DNA from: Sphaerodactylus townsendi
Taxonomy: Eukaryota
DNA length: 64,000 bases
Assembly (NCBI RefSeq): GCF_021028975.2
Contig: NC_059439.1
Span: forward strand, 39,680,001-39,744,000
Reading direction: 5' to 3'
Shown one piece after another: positions 17,929 through 30,685 of the stretch. A program made the translations under genes and the position numbers. How positions within the stretch are numbered: the stretch's first letter is position 1; each line of letters begins with the position of its first letter. A model generated the notes under the pieces. That model saw only the letters and a program-made list of their open reading frames with translations. It did no database searches and had not been told where the DNA came from.

Positions 17929-20669
17929 AGCCCACAAAATAGAAAACAGTGTGCCAAGCACAATGCAATAGAACCGAACAACTCAAAAATTCAAAATTGG
18001 CACACTGACCTGGATTTGTATGTAGACATCATTTACAAAAAATTCAAAGCAACATTTGCTCAAAGTTATTTTTCATTATTATTACACACATATAAATCCT
18101 CTTACACTAATGTTAACCTTATTCTAATATACTATAATAAGAAAATTAAAGTGCATAATATATATAAAGTGCCAGTGTCAATAAATCATATCAAAATACA
18201 ATTTCATCATTTCGTGCAAGATATAATGACAAGGTCCATATGTGACTCTAAACTAATGAGTTCCCCAAAAAAATTTTCTTAGTATGTCCATATTTTTGTA
18301 TGGTTTCAGAATGGAACTACACAATTATTCATCAGCTGTATTAGCAAACAGTCATGCACAAGTCCATATGAGACCACACTGTTCAATTCCAACAGAAATT
18401 TTATATCTCCATTGTTTTGTATGTTCCAAATTGAACTTCACAACAGAGCTGATATCTCCTGTGCCTTTGGGAGTCCATTCATAGATGGTACATGGAAAAA
18501 AATGAGAGAATCTTTGCATAATCAAGCTTTCACTCGATCTGAATGCGTTTTCGAAGGTATCTTCCTCAAGTATACCGATTCTCAATAGCTTGATTTCATC
18601 CTGAGATTTTACTACAATGCAAGGTTGTTGTTATTCCATACCTATGTTCGTGATTAATAATCAAATTTAACCCAAACTGTTAAACATACTTTACAACATT
18701 CTTCTACAGTGTCATCTTTTCCTAGAGATCATCTTATACAAGCAGGAAAAAAGCTCAGATATATACATCACCCATTAATCATCTGCACCTGTTCCCATAT
18801 AGGTCTAGAGCAAAAGTTAAAGGGATCCCTCTTTCATTCATAAAAAAAAAGGTCCAGTCAATTTCCCTATTAAGACCTGTATGGTCTGATTGTAACGTGT
18901 ATATCCACTTTGCCTCTTTCTGCAAAAAGTTAATCCGGCCTGATGTCCCTTATTTGTTGAAGGAATATGATAAAAGGGTACCAAGAAGGAAAAATCCTTC
19001 TCTGTGTGTTGTTTCTACTCCCCTTAAAGTGGCTAACCATAGAGAGCCTTCTTCTTTATTTAATCTGATGTTACTGAGCTTGTTCTAAGAGTCTGGTCCG
19101 GAGATTTCTCAATGTCATTCCCAGACGTACATGAGATTACAACTGCATGTTATCAAATAAACACATTGGTTAGTGTTACAGTTGGAAAAAAATATCTCGA
19201 TGGGGCCATGTTCTTCCAGTGTTAGGATCTGTAATATTTTTAGTATTAAGTGATCTGTCACACATGGAACAATGGCCACATTTAAAGTGGCCACGTAAGA
19301 TAGGTGTTATTTGATAAGGTTTTCTTATGTCCGATCTTATCAATGTCTGGCGTAGATTGCCCGTGTGTCTATATCCAATTATTGGTGGCAGTCTGCATCC
19401 AGGTATGTCTGCCACAATAAGCCAATATTTATTTATGATGGATCTGATCTGGCTAGCCTGTGTTGTGTAATCTAATGCCCATGTGATTCGTTTATTATCC
19501 ATCCTGGGCTTATATTGTAATAAGCCCTCTCTGGGTACCTGTCTTATTCTGTCCAAAGATCTATTTATTACATTTTTGGGGTATCCTTTTTCAGAGAACT
19601 GGTTGACTATTCTCTCAGCCTCTTTTTTAAAATGGTAGGGGTCTGTGGAATTTCTTTTAGCTCTAACCAATTGGCTATATGGAAGATTATATGCAACTTA
19701 TATATAGACTGTTGTACGCTATTTAGTTTATTGAAATTTACTATGTATTGTTAGAAATAGTTTTTATGGTTATCGCTGTTTTTAAATGTTTATTTTATAT
19801 TGTTTCCCCTATGTTGTACACCGCCCAGAGCCCCCCGGGGATGGGGCGGTATAAAAGTTCAAGAAATAAATAAATAAATAAATAAATTATCCCGCAAATG
19901 CTTAGGATGGTGGGAAGAATAGCGTAGCACTGTGTTTCTCTCTGTATTTTTATGAAAAGGGGCAAAACATATTTGATTGTTTTGCCCAAAGTAGATGGTG
20001 GTGTCCAAGTAATCTATACTATGAGTGTTACTAGTACCTGTGAATTTAATGGACCCGTGTATCTCATTAAACCATTCAAGGAATAGCTGTAGATCAAATT
20101 GCGGCGTCATAATCAAAAGAAGGTCATCAATGTACCTGCAATAATGAAGGATATTGGAATGAAAGGGATTAGAATTCTGATTCATGATGTAATTCTCTTC
20201 AAACTCCTCCATGTCCTACTGGAAATTGGCAGCACTTGGTGCCAGGGGGGACCCCATACTGAGCCCCATTTTTTGGATATAGAAAGTGTCCTCAAATCTA
20301 AAGTAATTGTTCTCCAAAATAATTTCAATGATGTTAATTAAGAAATGAGTTGGGGGGAATAATTCAGTTCTATTCTCCAATATTCTGAGGAGAGTAGATC
20401 TCATCTCCTCATGTGGTATGTTTGTGTAAAGTGAAGTGATATCTAAGGTCACTAATAGTGCATCTTTTTGAAAAAAATTTCCTTCAAGTTTATTAATTAG
20501 ATGTGTTGTGTCCTTAATGTAGGATTTCATCTTTTTTACGAAGGGTTGAAGGAAGCTATCTATATATATTGCTAGTGGCTCCAATATAGAATTGGTGGTC
20601 GAAACAATGGGTCTGCCAGGAGGTGGTCTTTCCGGTTTATGGATTTTTGGCACTACTTGAGTGCTGCTA
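17929..20669 (-). mobile_element. 5'-truncated Penelope-like element (RT plus GIY-YIG endonuclease), frameshifted
   Basis: RT peptides PKIHKP..PGRPIVS, TLDITSLYTNIP, GLSMGSPLAP, RYIDDL, IKFT, YLDT, SHHP, PYSQLVR; then a CGHCSMC linker and GIY-YIG remnants VYLITCSCNLMYV (~19160-19125) and WIYTLQS..GLNRE (~18905-18860). 12-bp TSD CTTTGCTTTGAA at 17917-17928 and 20670-20681. Confidence 0.9.
19691..19885 (+). mobile_element. L2-type 3' tail inserted into the Penelope ORF
   Basis: Ends gtacaccgcccagagccccccggggatggggcggtat plus (AAAT)n. Flanked by an ATTAT duplication; removing it restores RDNLPYSQLVR. Confidence 0.75.
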
Positions 20670-23119
20670 CTTTGCTTTGAAGCAACCGTGAAACTCTTCC
20701 AATGGGTGAATCACGACCCTAGGAGGGTTTACTCAAAAGCAAGCCCCATTGCCAGCAACCAAGCTTACTCCCAGGTAAAGGATCGTGCTTTAGTTCTTCG
20801 CATGAAAATTAGTGGAGTTTAACAGTGCTTAACAGGGTTACCTACACTGCTTCCCCAAAACTAGGTCTTAGGTTTAATGCTAATAATAGAGCCCAGCAGC
20901 CCAGACCAGCCTAGATGTGGGGGGGAGGGCAACTCTGTTTGCGTGTGCCCACAGAGAGGGCTCTGAGTGCCACCCCTGGCACCCGAGCCATAGGTTCGCC
21001 ACCACTGCTCTGTGAGAACACCGAGACTAATCATGCTGGCCAAGTGGTTCAAATAATGACCTCAAGACTGTGATCCAAGGAGGTGGCTTGTGGGGGGATG
21101 GGGGGCTGACCTTGGCGGCTGGGAGGGGGATTGCACAGAGCAGGCACTCAGAATTCCTTGGGGAGACAATATGCTTTCTGCCCTCTTAGTTGACTCTGAT
21201 CACATAACAGGTCCTCTTGGTTAGCAGGTAGGTGCAAGGGAAATTGTGTCTTGCTGTTGGATTATGGGAAACATGGACTTGTGCTGGGAGCCCCCATATT
21301 TCAGTACCCGCACTAACTGTGTTCCTAAAAGGGTGGGTTGTCACTCCAGACGGGTTTGGAGACGGGTGGGTCAGTAGCTTTTAGATGCAGCTCCAAAGTT
21401 TCAATTAAGAGAAATAAAGGGGTGGGGGGGTTGGCCCAAATTTCCCAGCAGCTGTGCTGTCTGTGCACTGTGATCACTAGGTGTGTGCATACAGGTGTGG
21501 GCAGCCTGACCCTCTTACCTGAGGCCCTGTGCTTTAAAGGAGAAACTGGTGGCAGTGGGTTGCAGCAATCTGAATTCTTGGTTGAGCTTTTTCGTGCGGC
21601 ACATTCCACAGCTGGTTCAAATCAGCAGGGCAGGTTTGGCCACTCCCCTGGATGCGACCCTAGTGGGTGAGCACTTATCCTGCACAGGCACTCAGGCCTC
21701 CTGGGCTCACCGCTGCCGCCCTCGACTGAAGCCTTTGGGCGGGCAGTCGGTTCTCGGCGAACAGCTTGGCAGGAACTGGGTAAGCCCTTTCTGGCCCCAC
21801 TGGCATGGGGTAGGGGTACAGGATGTTCTCAGACATGGCCCCCGAGAGCCCTTTCTGCCAGAGAGAAGCAAAGCCACACAGCCCGCAGCAGGGCAGAGGG
21901 CAGCCTGCAACCCCCAGGGAGCGTCGCTAGACCGAGAGTGCTTGGCTTGCATCCTGGGAAGGAGGGCAAACGCAGGGCACTGGATCCCAGGGCCATGTAG
22001 TCTGTGGAGCAAAAGTAAAACCTTCCCAAATCTTGTTCCAATGTCAGGGTTTGTGTTTGCAGAAAGTGAAGCTGTCATCTAAGGAGATCTAGAGCAGCCG
22101 GCCTCCACTCCTGCCTGGGGAGGGTGGGGGGTCTGCAGGCAATGCTGCGAGGGGGGAGATGTTGTGGAAGAGGGGAGAAGCCCCACAGAGGGTGGTTCTG
22201 AAGCAGGCATCTCCCTGCCGCTCTTCCTCTCCCCACAGATCTCAAGTCAGCAAGTGAGGGGGCCAGGCATGGGGGTCACAATGCAGGATGACAGGGGATT
22301 CTGGGAAGTCCTGTGTGTGCCTCTGCACGCTCACACGGGGGCAAACGCGAGGCATCTTTCTTGGCTCTGGGGCCGTTTTGGGTTGTCCCAGCATTGGCTG
22401 GTTCTCAGTGGCTGACAGTCAACGCCTCACAAAGACCATCTCCCCCACCCACAGATTTCCAGGTCTAGGAAGGCCTGGAAAGCCGATTTATTCACGGGGG
22501 CAACCGCTTTGGCACACATGGTTGTGTCTTTAACCGTCTAGTTTAAAGCGTGAGTTTAAAGTTTTTATTCTACTGTTGGCTGCTGTCTTTGCAGTAGCCG
22601 CTCCTTCCGTCAAAGGCAGGAGAATGCCGACTGGGTAGCACAAATCACGTTCCACAGTGCAGAAGCAAAGGAAAATGGTTTGGTGGTCGCCCAGTTGGAC
22701 CCTGACTGGATCTTCTGTCACCCACAAAGGGGACTTTGCAAGGGAGTTTGGGGGAGCTACATGTCCTTCAATCAATAGGTAAGGGGCAGAGCCCAAGTCT
22801 GGTGGGATTCTTCTTTTCAAACGTAGAATTCAGTTCTTTACAAGCCTGTCTCTGCTCTGCTGAAGTTTCTCACTTGATGAGCCAACCGTGGGACACCGAG
22901 TCCTCCCCAGTTTGGTCTGGGGCAGGGCAGACAGAATCTCTCCCCATGGGCCCCCCACGCTAGCACTTGACACCTTGCAGGTTCTTTGGAGAACTCCAGC
23001 TTTAAAAGGACTCTGTGGTGGCGATTCAGCCCAGTTGCTGCGTGACCTGGAGATGATCCGTTCAGGCGCTGCCCCTCTGTGTGCAATGGGGATGGGGGGG
23101 AAATAGGGTGTTTTGCCAG

Positions 23120-23384
23120 AGTTGCCCCTTCCTGTGTGCATCAAGATGGGCCTTTCCCATCGAACCCCGCCAGCGAGCAGGCCAGGCTTGGCTCACTTCC
23201 TTCCTCCGGAGGGGCCGTGGCTGGCTCTTGAGAGGAGACTTCCCCCTGCCTGGCCAGGGCCCCATTGCTCAATCTGCCACATAGGCAAGCAGCCTCCTTC
23301 TTGGGCTGGGGATCTCCCCCACTGGCCCGGCCCTTCCCTTCCTAGTGGCTTCCAGAAACCCGCGGAGCCTGCATCCCTGAGGTC
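23120..23384 (+). promoter_or_regulatory. Probable TATA-less promoter of the PILR-like gene with ETS/PU.1-type sites
   Basis: CACTTCCTTCCT near 23194-23205 and CTTCCTG near 23128, upstream of the signal-peptide exon. Confidence 0.35.
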
Positions 23385-26300
23385 ATGTGGCTGGCCCTAA
23401 TCCTGGCGCTGTGGCTCCTGCAGGGAGGTAGGTGGGGAGGGGCCCTTGGGGAAGGGCCCGGGGGTCCCGTGCCTCAGCATTCCCCACCCCTGGAGTCCGA
23501 CAGTCCTTCTCTCCAAGGGGCGGCTGCCATCGCCCCCTCCCAACCGAGCAGGCAGTCTTGGATGCAGAGATGGGGCAAGATCAGGCCACCCCTGGGTTTG
23601 GAAAAGCACCCGCCTTCCCGACTGCCTGGCTAGCCTCACGAGGTCTGCTTGAGATCCAGGGAGCCACGCAGGGAAGGCAAAGTGGACGTCTCGCCCAAAG
23701 GAGGTGGAGCAGGAGCGGATGGCAGGAGGAGAGGGCGAGGCGCCTTCAGACGCGCGCAGGAGGGAATCCCGCCACTGCAGCCACTGCAGGGTGCAGCCAG
23801 CCAGGCAGTGCAGCTTTTGGGGAGCAAAGGGGTGGGGAAAGGGCACCCCAGGAGGTCGGGAACAGCTGAGAAAGAAAGACGGACTGACAGGAAATGCCTG
23901 CTTGGCCCCAGTGCTCATTGTAGGGATGTGGCTCCCGTGCCAGGCGCTGCTTCCAGAAAGTGGCTCGGGAAAAGGCAAGCACCGGTGCTCACCGCTGAGG
24001 TTCTGGGGCTGGCGGACAAGTTACAAACGAGTCAGTTGCCCACTCCGGATGGGGCCAAGCATAAAGAGCCATAAAAACAGGCCCCCGGCTGCTCAAACCA
24101 GCTCCTTTCCCGAGGCCTAGAAGGTGGCAAATCACACACCTGGGTTTGACAAAGGATCTGGCGGGAATTACATGGTATCTGTTGCAGGCCAACTGCTAGA
24201 AACTGTGAGCAGAGGCAAGAGAGCCCCGGGCCACACTGGGGAGGAATCTGCTAGGCCCTCTGATTGGCTATCTGTGATTGGGGACCGCCCATTGGCAGTC
24301 CTCACTTCTGCACTGACTGGTGGGAGGAAAATTAATTGTAAAAATCACCATCTCTGCAGCGTCATTTTAGGAATCACCAGCAACTCCCTGGTTCTGCCCG
24401 CAGGTGACAGGAGATCAGCTCCCTTTGAGAAAATGGCCAGCCCCTCTGGAGGACACGCTCTATGGCTTTGTACCCTCCTGACGCCCCTCCCCTCCCCAAA
24501 ACCCACCCTCCCCCAACCTCAGGTATTTCCCACCTTGGACTTGGCCACCCTGCTTCCTGTTCTGTGCCCGCCCCCCCCCCCCCCCCGGTAATTTCTCCCA
24601 GCGGATTGCCTCTACAGGAGGCCAGTTAGGAAATAAATGTTTGAAATGAATAGCATGAATAGATAATCCTCTCAAAGAACTTAAAACGGCTGGTGTGGCA
24701 GGAGCTGCCAAGCGGATTCTTCCTCATCACAGCTGGAGCCCCACCCCCATTGGCCACAGAAGTGGCTGCAGGAAGTGGGGGGGGGGGCAGTTGTCAGGCA
24801 GTGCCCATTCCACTCAAGGCAGCTAACAACAACAGAAGGAACAACACGCAGTTAAAACGGAAGCAAATCATCCACAACCAGTGACCTTCCTTCATGTGCC
24901 TTCTGAAAGGAAACCACACCTCGCCCCCTCTTCCCCCACCCCCCTCAAAAAAGCCCAGGGCCCAACGGTTGCTCCACAGACCCTCCGCAGGCAGGGCAGC
25001 CCCCAGGGAAGGCTGTCTGACGATGATGAGCACAACTGGTGCGCAGGTAAGACAACCTGCAGAGATGTGGTTTGAGAACAGAGCAAAAACATTTCAACGG
25101 TTTCATTGGTTCTTAAAGCTACCTGCAGTTGGGGGTGAGGCAGCCAAGTCTGCAACATAGTCCAAATTATTTAGGACAGCAGGAAGGAAGCAGCGAGGAT
25201 CATGCGGAGCTCCAGGAGGCTCCCTCCAACCCAGGGGGACGGCGGGGGACAGTCGTCTAGCAATGGAGGTCCAATTTCAAGCAAAACATGTTGGGTGGAA
25301 GAATCCTCCCTTATAAACATTGGTGGGATCTGAACTGGGGGTAAGCCTGGTGAAGTTGCAGCTATTATCAGTACTACTACTTGAGGGCTGGGCAGTGCTG
25401 CTACTTGAGGGCTGGGCAGTGCTGCTACTTGAGGGCTGGGCAGTGCTGCTACTTGAGGGCTGGGCAGTGCTGCTACTTGAGGGCTGGGCAGTGCTGCTAC
25501 TTGGGGGCAGGTAAGACAACCTGCAGAGATGTGGTTTGAGAACAGAGCAAAAACATCTACTTGGGGGCTGGGCAGTGCTGCTACTTGAGGGCTGGGCAGT
25601 GCTGCTACTTGAGGGCTGGGCAGTGCTGCTACTTGGGGGCTGGGCAGTGCTGCTACTTGAGGGCTTGGCAGTGCTGCTACTTGAGGGCTGGGCAGTGCTG
25701 CTACTTAAGGGCTGGGCAGTGCTGCTACTTGAGGGCTGGGCAGTGCTGCTACTTGAGGGCTGGGCAGTGCTGCTACTTGAGGGCTGGGCAGTGCTGCTAC
25801 TTGAGGGCTTGGCAGTGCTGCTACTTGAGGGCTGGGCAGTGCTGCTACTTGAGGGCTTGGCATTTTCATGGAGCAATTCACTACAACCCCAAGAGCTCGT
25901 TCCCTGTCAGTCTTGGCCATTTCAGACCCCAAAAGCTTGGATTTGAAGTTGGAGGGGGGGTTGTTGTTGTTGCTGTTGTTGTGTTTATCAGCCTGTGCTG
26001 AACTGCATGTGGCCCACGTGTCACCCACTCACCCGAGAGAAATCCTCCTGGAGCACTTTACAATCTGCCTTGTTTTCACTGCTCTGCATTACTTTTATCA
26101 TCTGCAAACTTGGCCACGGCGTGGCTCACCACCAAGTCCAGAGCATTTCTGAGCAAACTGAACAGGGTTTGTCCTATCCCTGAACGGTCTGTTGTCATAA
26201 TAGATGTGTGTGCAGAGAGATTATGGGGTGAGGACTATTTAGCTTCTTCAGACCAGTTTTGTGAAAAGGTTGGAAAGTCCTAGAGAAATGATCGGACATG

Positions 26301-29300
26301 TTAGCAAGAACAACGTCTCAACAACTTTCCCAACAGAGAACCTGGTCCCATTTGGAGCAAAGTCCTTGGAGCAGACGGCACAACCGGCCAAGAGCAGCTG
26401 GCCCTTGAAGGAATGCGAAAGAACCAAGTCAGGTAATCCACTCTGTTGGGCAAGGACCCCCTCTGGTGTGCAAGCAGTGCAGGGGGTGGAGCTGGTGCTA
26501 GAGTAGCCTGTGGACTTCCTCCGCTCCAAACTGTCTTGCAGAGTTGCATCTCCCAGGGTCCAGACTGCACGGCAAGTGCTCTCAAGTCCCAGGCAACCCC
26601 AGCCTACACCCACCCATCAGGGGGCGGTACCCCAATGATATCCCTGTGACTGGCAGATACGTGTGCAGCCATTCACCACCCTCCCAACTGGCCATTGCTT
26701 CCAGATGCCATGCCCCCCTCCCAAGAGGAAAGATCTGCTGACAAGCCCCTCCCCCCCATGGAGGCCTGCAGGGCTGTCGGCCCTGTTTTGGGAAATACCT
26801 GAAGATTTGGGGAATGGAACCGGGGGGAGGGGGGTTGGGGCAGGGGAGGGATCTCGATGGGGTATGCCACAGAGCTTACCCTCCACAGCATCCATTTTCT
26901 CAGTTGTCATTCTGGAAGATCTCCAGGCCCGAGAGGGTGGCATGAGTGGCTGGCGTCAGTCCACTATGGGAGCCCACGGGCAGCTGTTCTTGGCACTGTG
27001 GCACCAGCATAATAAAGCCTAGTCGGCGGTTCGATCATCCCCCCCCCCCCCCGGTTAAGAGATAACTCCTTCTGCCACAGGGTCCATTCCAAGAGCCAAT
27101 CCTTTCTGGTCTGGACTTCCACACTCCAGCTTGTCAGTGAAGAGGCTCAAAAGGTGCAGAGACCATGAGCAGTCCCACCTTGGGACCTTCAACCAGAGGT
27201 TGCAGAACCTGTGGACAGCTGACTGATTTGCCTCTGTGAAACCCCCTCCCCTTTCCGAGCGCTCCCTGTAGGGCGGGGAGGGGGAACGTTCCTGACTGCT
27301 CTCTGTGCTTGCGCAGATGTCGGTCGCCCGTCTACTTCCTTCGCAGACGGCTGCGTCTGTCCAGAGGAATTCCAAATCTGCCAGCCTCTCCAGCTCTCCG
27401 CCAGGGTGAATGGGTCCGTCACCCTGCCCTGCAGCTTCACCCACAAGCAGAACGGGGATGCTGCGCAGGTCCACTGGCGCCTGGGAGGTTTTCATTCCAA
27501 ACGCTTCTTCTTCAACTGCTGCACGACGAGTCGGCTACACACCGACCCTGATTTCGAGGGACGGGTCTCCCTGGCCAAGGAGGAGGGGCGGCAGCACACG
27601 GCCTCCATCCGCATCACTGACCTCAGGGAGTCCGACTCTGGCCTCTATTTCTGCCGTGTCTCTGTGGGGGAAGCGGAATGGCAAACCATCAATGGGACCA
27701 ACCTTACAGTCACAGGTAAGTCTCCGCCCCTCTGCCAGCCTCAGCTGGGAGTCTCCCTGCCCCAGGACGGCTGGATGGAAGGAAGGAGGCCTGCGGGAGG
27801 AGAGGGGGCGACGTGGGCAGGGCAGGGCTCAGGCACCCCCCACAGAAACCTGCTTTGTGCTTCTGCACCTGCAAAGCCTGCCGGGGATCCCCCCCCCCCC
27901 CCCCGAGGGATTCCAACTTGAGCACCTCCCAGGAAAGACGCCCGTGGCCCCAGAACGAAGGCCCTCCCTCCCTCCCTCCCTTTCTCCCCACCAGCACGCC
28001 CACAGGGACCGGAGGGAAGGAACAACACACGGCTGCCCCTGAGCGTCCTCGTTGGCGTGCCGACTGGGGCCGTCCTGCTCGTAGCTGCCATTGCTGTCGG
28101 CCTGCTGGCAACGCTGCTCCTTGCCCGGAAAAAAGGTAACAGCCAGGTGGCTGCTGATCATGGCACAAGGGGGTGCCAAGTCTCCCAACAGAGATGCCTT
28201 GTGGATCCCACCCCTCACCCCCAGTGAGGCTCCACTCTGTTTAGCACGCTGTGCCACTGAGGGGCCAACAGGTGGGCCAGAGGGCAAAGAAGCTGGCCAC
28301 AGAGGCTGAGGCCACGGTGGGTGTGGACTTTGGAACAAAAGACTCCTGAGTTAACTTAGCAGTCCTGGGATAGGGGAGGGTCCCTCCTAGGGATGAGGGC
28401 ATGGAGCAGAGAGGAGAAATACATGGGCCACTCTCTCGATGGAAGTGTGCAGCGGGCTCCCATGAGGATTGGTATTGGGGTCAGAGCTATTTAATGTGCT
28501 CATACATGACCAGGAGTTGGGGGTGAGGTGAGCACTTTGCAAGCAGCACAAAAATCACTCAGGATGGTGAAAACCAAGGCAGATTGTGAAGAGCTGCAGG
28601 AGGAGGTCGGGCGACGGGGCACGGAGGGGGCAAGGGAAGTTCTGCACGGGAAAGTGTGAAAGGCGACACAGGTTCAAACAGAAAACCCCAAGATATTGCT
28701 GGAGCCTGAATTGGCAGAGGGGGAGGGAGGGAGATCTCGGGGTTGCAGTGGAAATAACTCCTAGCCAAAGGACCCGGTGCCCGAGGCCACCGCAGCCATT
28801 TTATAGAAGAATCTGACCATGTAAAAATATTCCCAAGACCCCCGGCCACTACAGTGCAGCAGGCCCAGGTGAGCTCCCCCTGCTAGCTCTTCCAGCACAT
28901 CAAAAGGCACCAGAGTGGGGGCAGGGGGAGGGCACTTGCATGGCAGGCCTGACCAGAATTGGGCCCTCATGGCCAAATCCTTCTGTCAAACGGGGCTGGC
29001 GGCCAAGGGGTGGGTGGGGCTGCGGCCACAGGAATGTCTAGTCTGACTCTCAGTGGACGACAGTGGTAGAAAAGGCAAACTCCCAGCCCGGGATTGAAAA
29101 CGCCGCATCCAGCCAGGTGCTGCCCCTGCAGAGGTCTGTGGTGCGGCCTCATTTGGAACCCCGTTTGTGGTTTTCGATGCTGAATCCCAAAAAAGGCCGC
29201 CTCAGAGTTGGGGAAAGGGCTGAAGGGAGCCCCTCCTGATGAGGAAAGGCTGGAGAGGGAGTTAAGGGGGAAATGGCTCAGGGGAAACCTAGTAGAGGAT

Positions 29301-30516
29301 TTGAACATTATGCCTGGTGGGGAGAGAGCTTTGTCAGACTTTCACTTGGAGGGGGGGCACCCCCTGGCATTGTGAGGAAAAGGGTTCAGAACAGAGAAAA
29401 GGAAACACTTCTTTGGAATGACAGGATCCTAGATCATATAGTAAACAAACTCCCTCCCTCTTCAACATGACCTCCCTTCGAGTATTGAAACACAGCTATC
29501 GTCTTGCCCCTTAATCTTCTCTACTCCAGGCTAATCATACCCAGCAGCGGCTCCCCAAGACTCTCCTTATAGGGCATGGATTCCAGATGTTGCCCTTCTC
29601 CTGGCCCATTCCAGCTGCTCAGTATACTCGATTCAGCTGTGAAACTAACTGCCCAGTGAACACAGCGAGGGCCACAATGGCAGATGGCTTTAAAAGGGTT
29701 CCTGGCAGAGAGGTGGCCCATCAACCTGTGCAGGCAAAGGCTAAATCTTCTCGACCACAGGGCTAGAAGGAGGCAGCCTTCACTCCCTGGTGTCCTGCAT
29801 ATTGGGGGGGGGGTGTTTGCCACACTGTGTAAGACAGGATGCGGGACTTACTCAACCACTGCTCTGTTCCAGCAGACTCTGAGGTCCTGTTCTTATCTCC
29901 CCACCCCCACCCCCATATCCAGGTCACTGTCAAAAGAGAACTCAGACCAGGTGAGTTGGTTGGATGGTGGCCGGGTCGTCCCCTGCAGGATGCCGTGTGC
30001 CAGCCCTGCACCACCTATGGCTTCCACGCCCTGCCTGCCACTGTGGATCAGAGAACGGGCACAGGTCACACTTGGGCAAAAGCCCAGCTTGAGGAGGGAG
30101 GGAAAGGGTTGCCATGGCTGGTCCCCCCCCCCTGCTGCCCCATGGGGGAGGGGGTGCTGTTGCAGATGCTGCCCTTGCAAGCTCAGAGTTTCTTTTGCAG
30201 AGGACAGGAGGAGGAGAAAGAGGCCGGATGCCATGAACTCCCCTGCAGAGGTGAGGGGTTTTCGGGGGGGCGGGTCTGGCTGCCCCAGAGGACCTGAGGG
30301 CGGGGTGCTGTAGCCCCCACCCTTCCTCATGGTGCTTTTTCTATTGTAGGAACCGGCATCCCCCCTCCAGAGGAGCCTGCCTCCCAACCTCCCGCCATCC
30401 CCCCCGGGCTGCTTTATGCCACTTTGACACTGTCTGATGCCCCTCCCAAACAGGGCCGCTTCCAAAGGGGTGGGCGAGCGGCGGAAGAGACGACCTACGC
30501 AACCGTCCAGCGCTGA
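23385..30516 (+). CDS. Paired immunoglobulin-like type 2 receptor alpha-like inhibitory receptor, 6 exons, 265 aa (275 aa with the upstream acceptor)
   Basis: Exons: 23385-23427 (signal MWLALILALWLLQG); 27347(or 27317)-27715 (V-set: GSVTLPCSF, WRLGGFH, DSGLYFCRV, WQTINGTNLTV); 27995-28135 (uncharged TM, then RKK); 29923-29950; 30201-30250; 30350-30516 (LLYATL, TTYATV). Phases 1,1,1,2,1 are consistent; 798 nt. Confidence 0.85.
25371..25862. repeat. 24-bp minisatellite (GTGCTGCTACTTGAGGGCTGGGCA), about 18 units, interrupted at 25507-25556
   Basis: Directly visible near-perfect tandem units, in intron 1 of the PILR-like gene. Confidence 0.95.
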
Positions 30517-30685
30517 GGGAGCGGCCATAGTGCGCGGGGGGTGCTCCTCGGCCCTCTCCAGACCTCCCCCCAACTCGAGCTGGTGGGTGACCCCCAGTGG
30601 CGGCTGACAGAGGCTCCAGTGGCTGACAGTGGCTCCAGGCCAGAGGCGGTCTGTTGTGACGCCTGGAAAAAACTGCACGTGAGCG

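Larger units (their letters stand above)
17743..21007. mobile_element. Non-autonomous hAT element, interrupted by a Penelope-like insertion
   Basis: TIRs CAGTGATGGTGAACC / GGTTCGCCACCACTG. 8-bp TSD ctctgtgg/ctctgtga (7 of 8 match). Halves 17743-17928 and 20670-21007 align with the intact inverted copy at 62109-62601. Confidence 0.85.

Noticed and set aside
25371-25862. CRISPR-like appearance (repeats with one unique insert)
   Set aside because: Units are contiguous without spacers, the insert is a local duplicate, the genome is vertebrate and there are no cas genes.
25277-26001. Mucin-like (PSSSSTAQ)n and Cys-rich (RAGQCCYL)n ORFs
   Set aside because: Translations of a 24-bp minisatellite, with non-ATG starts and no supporting gene structure.
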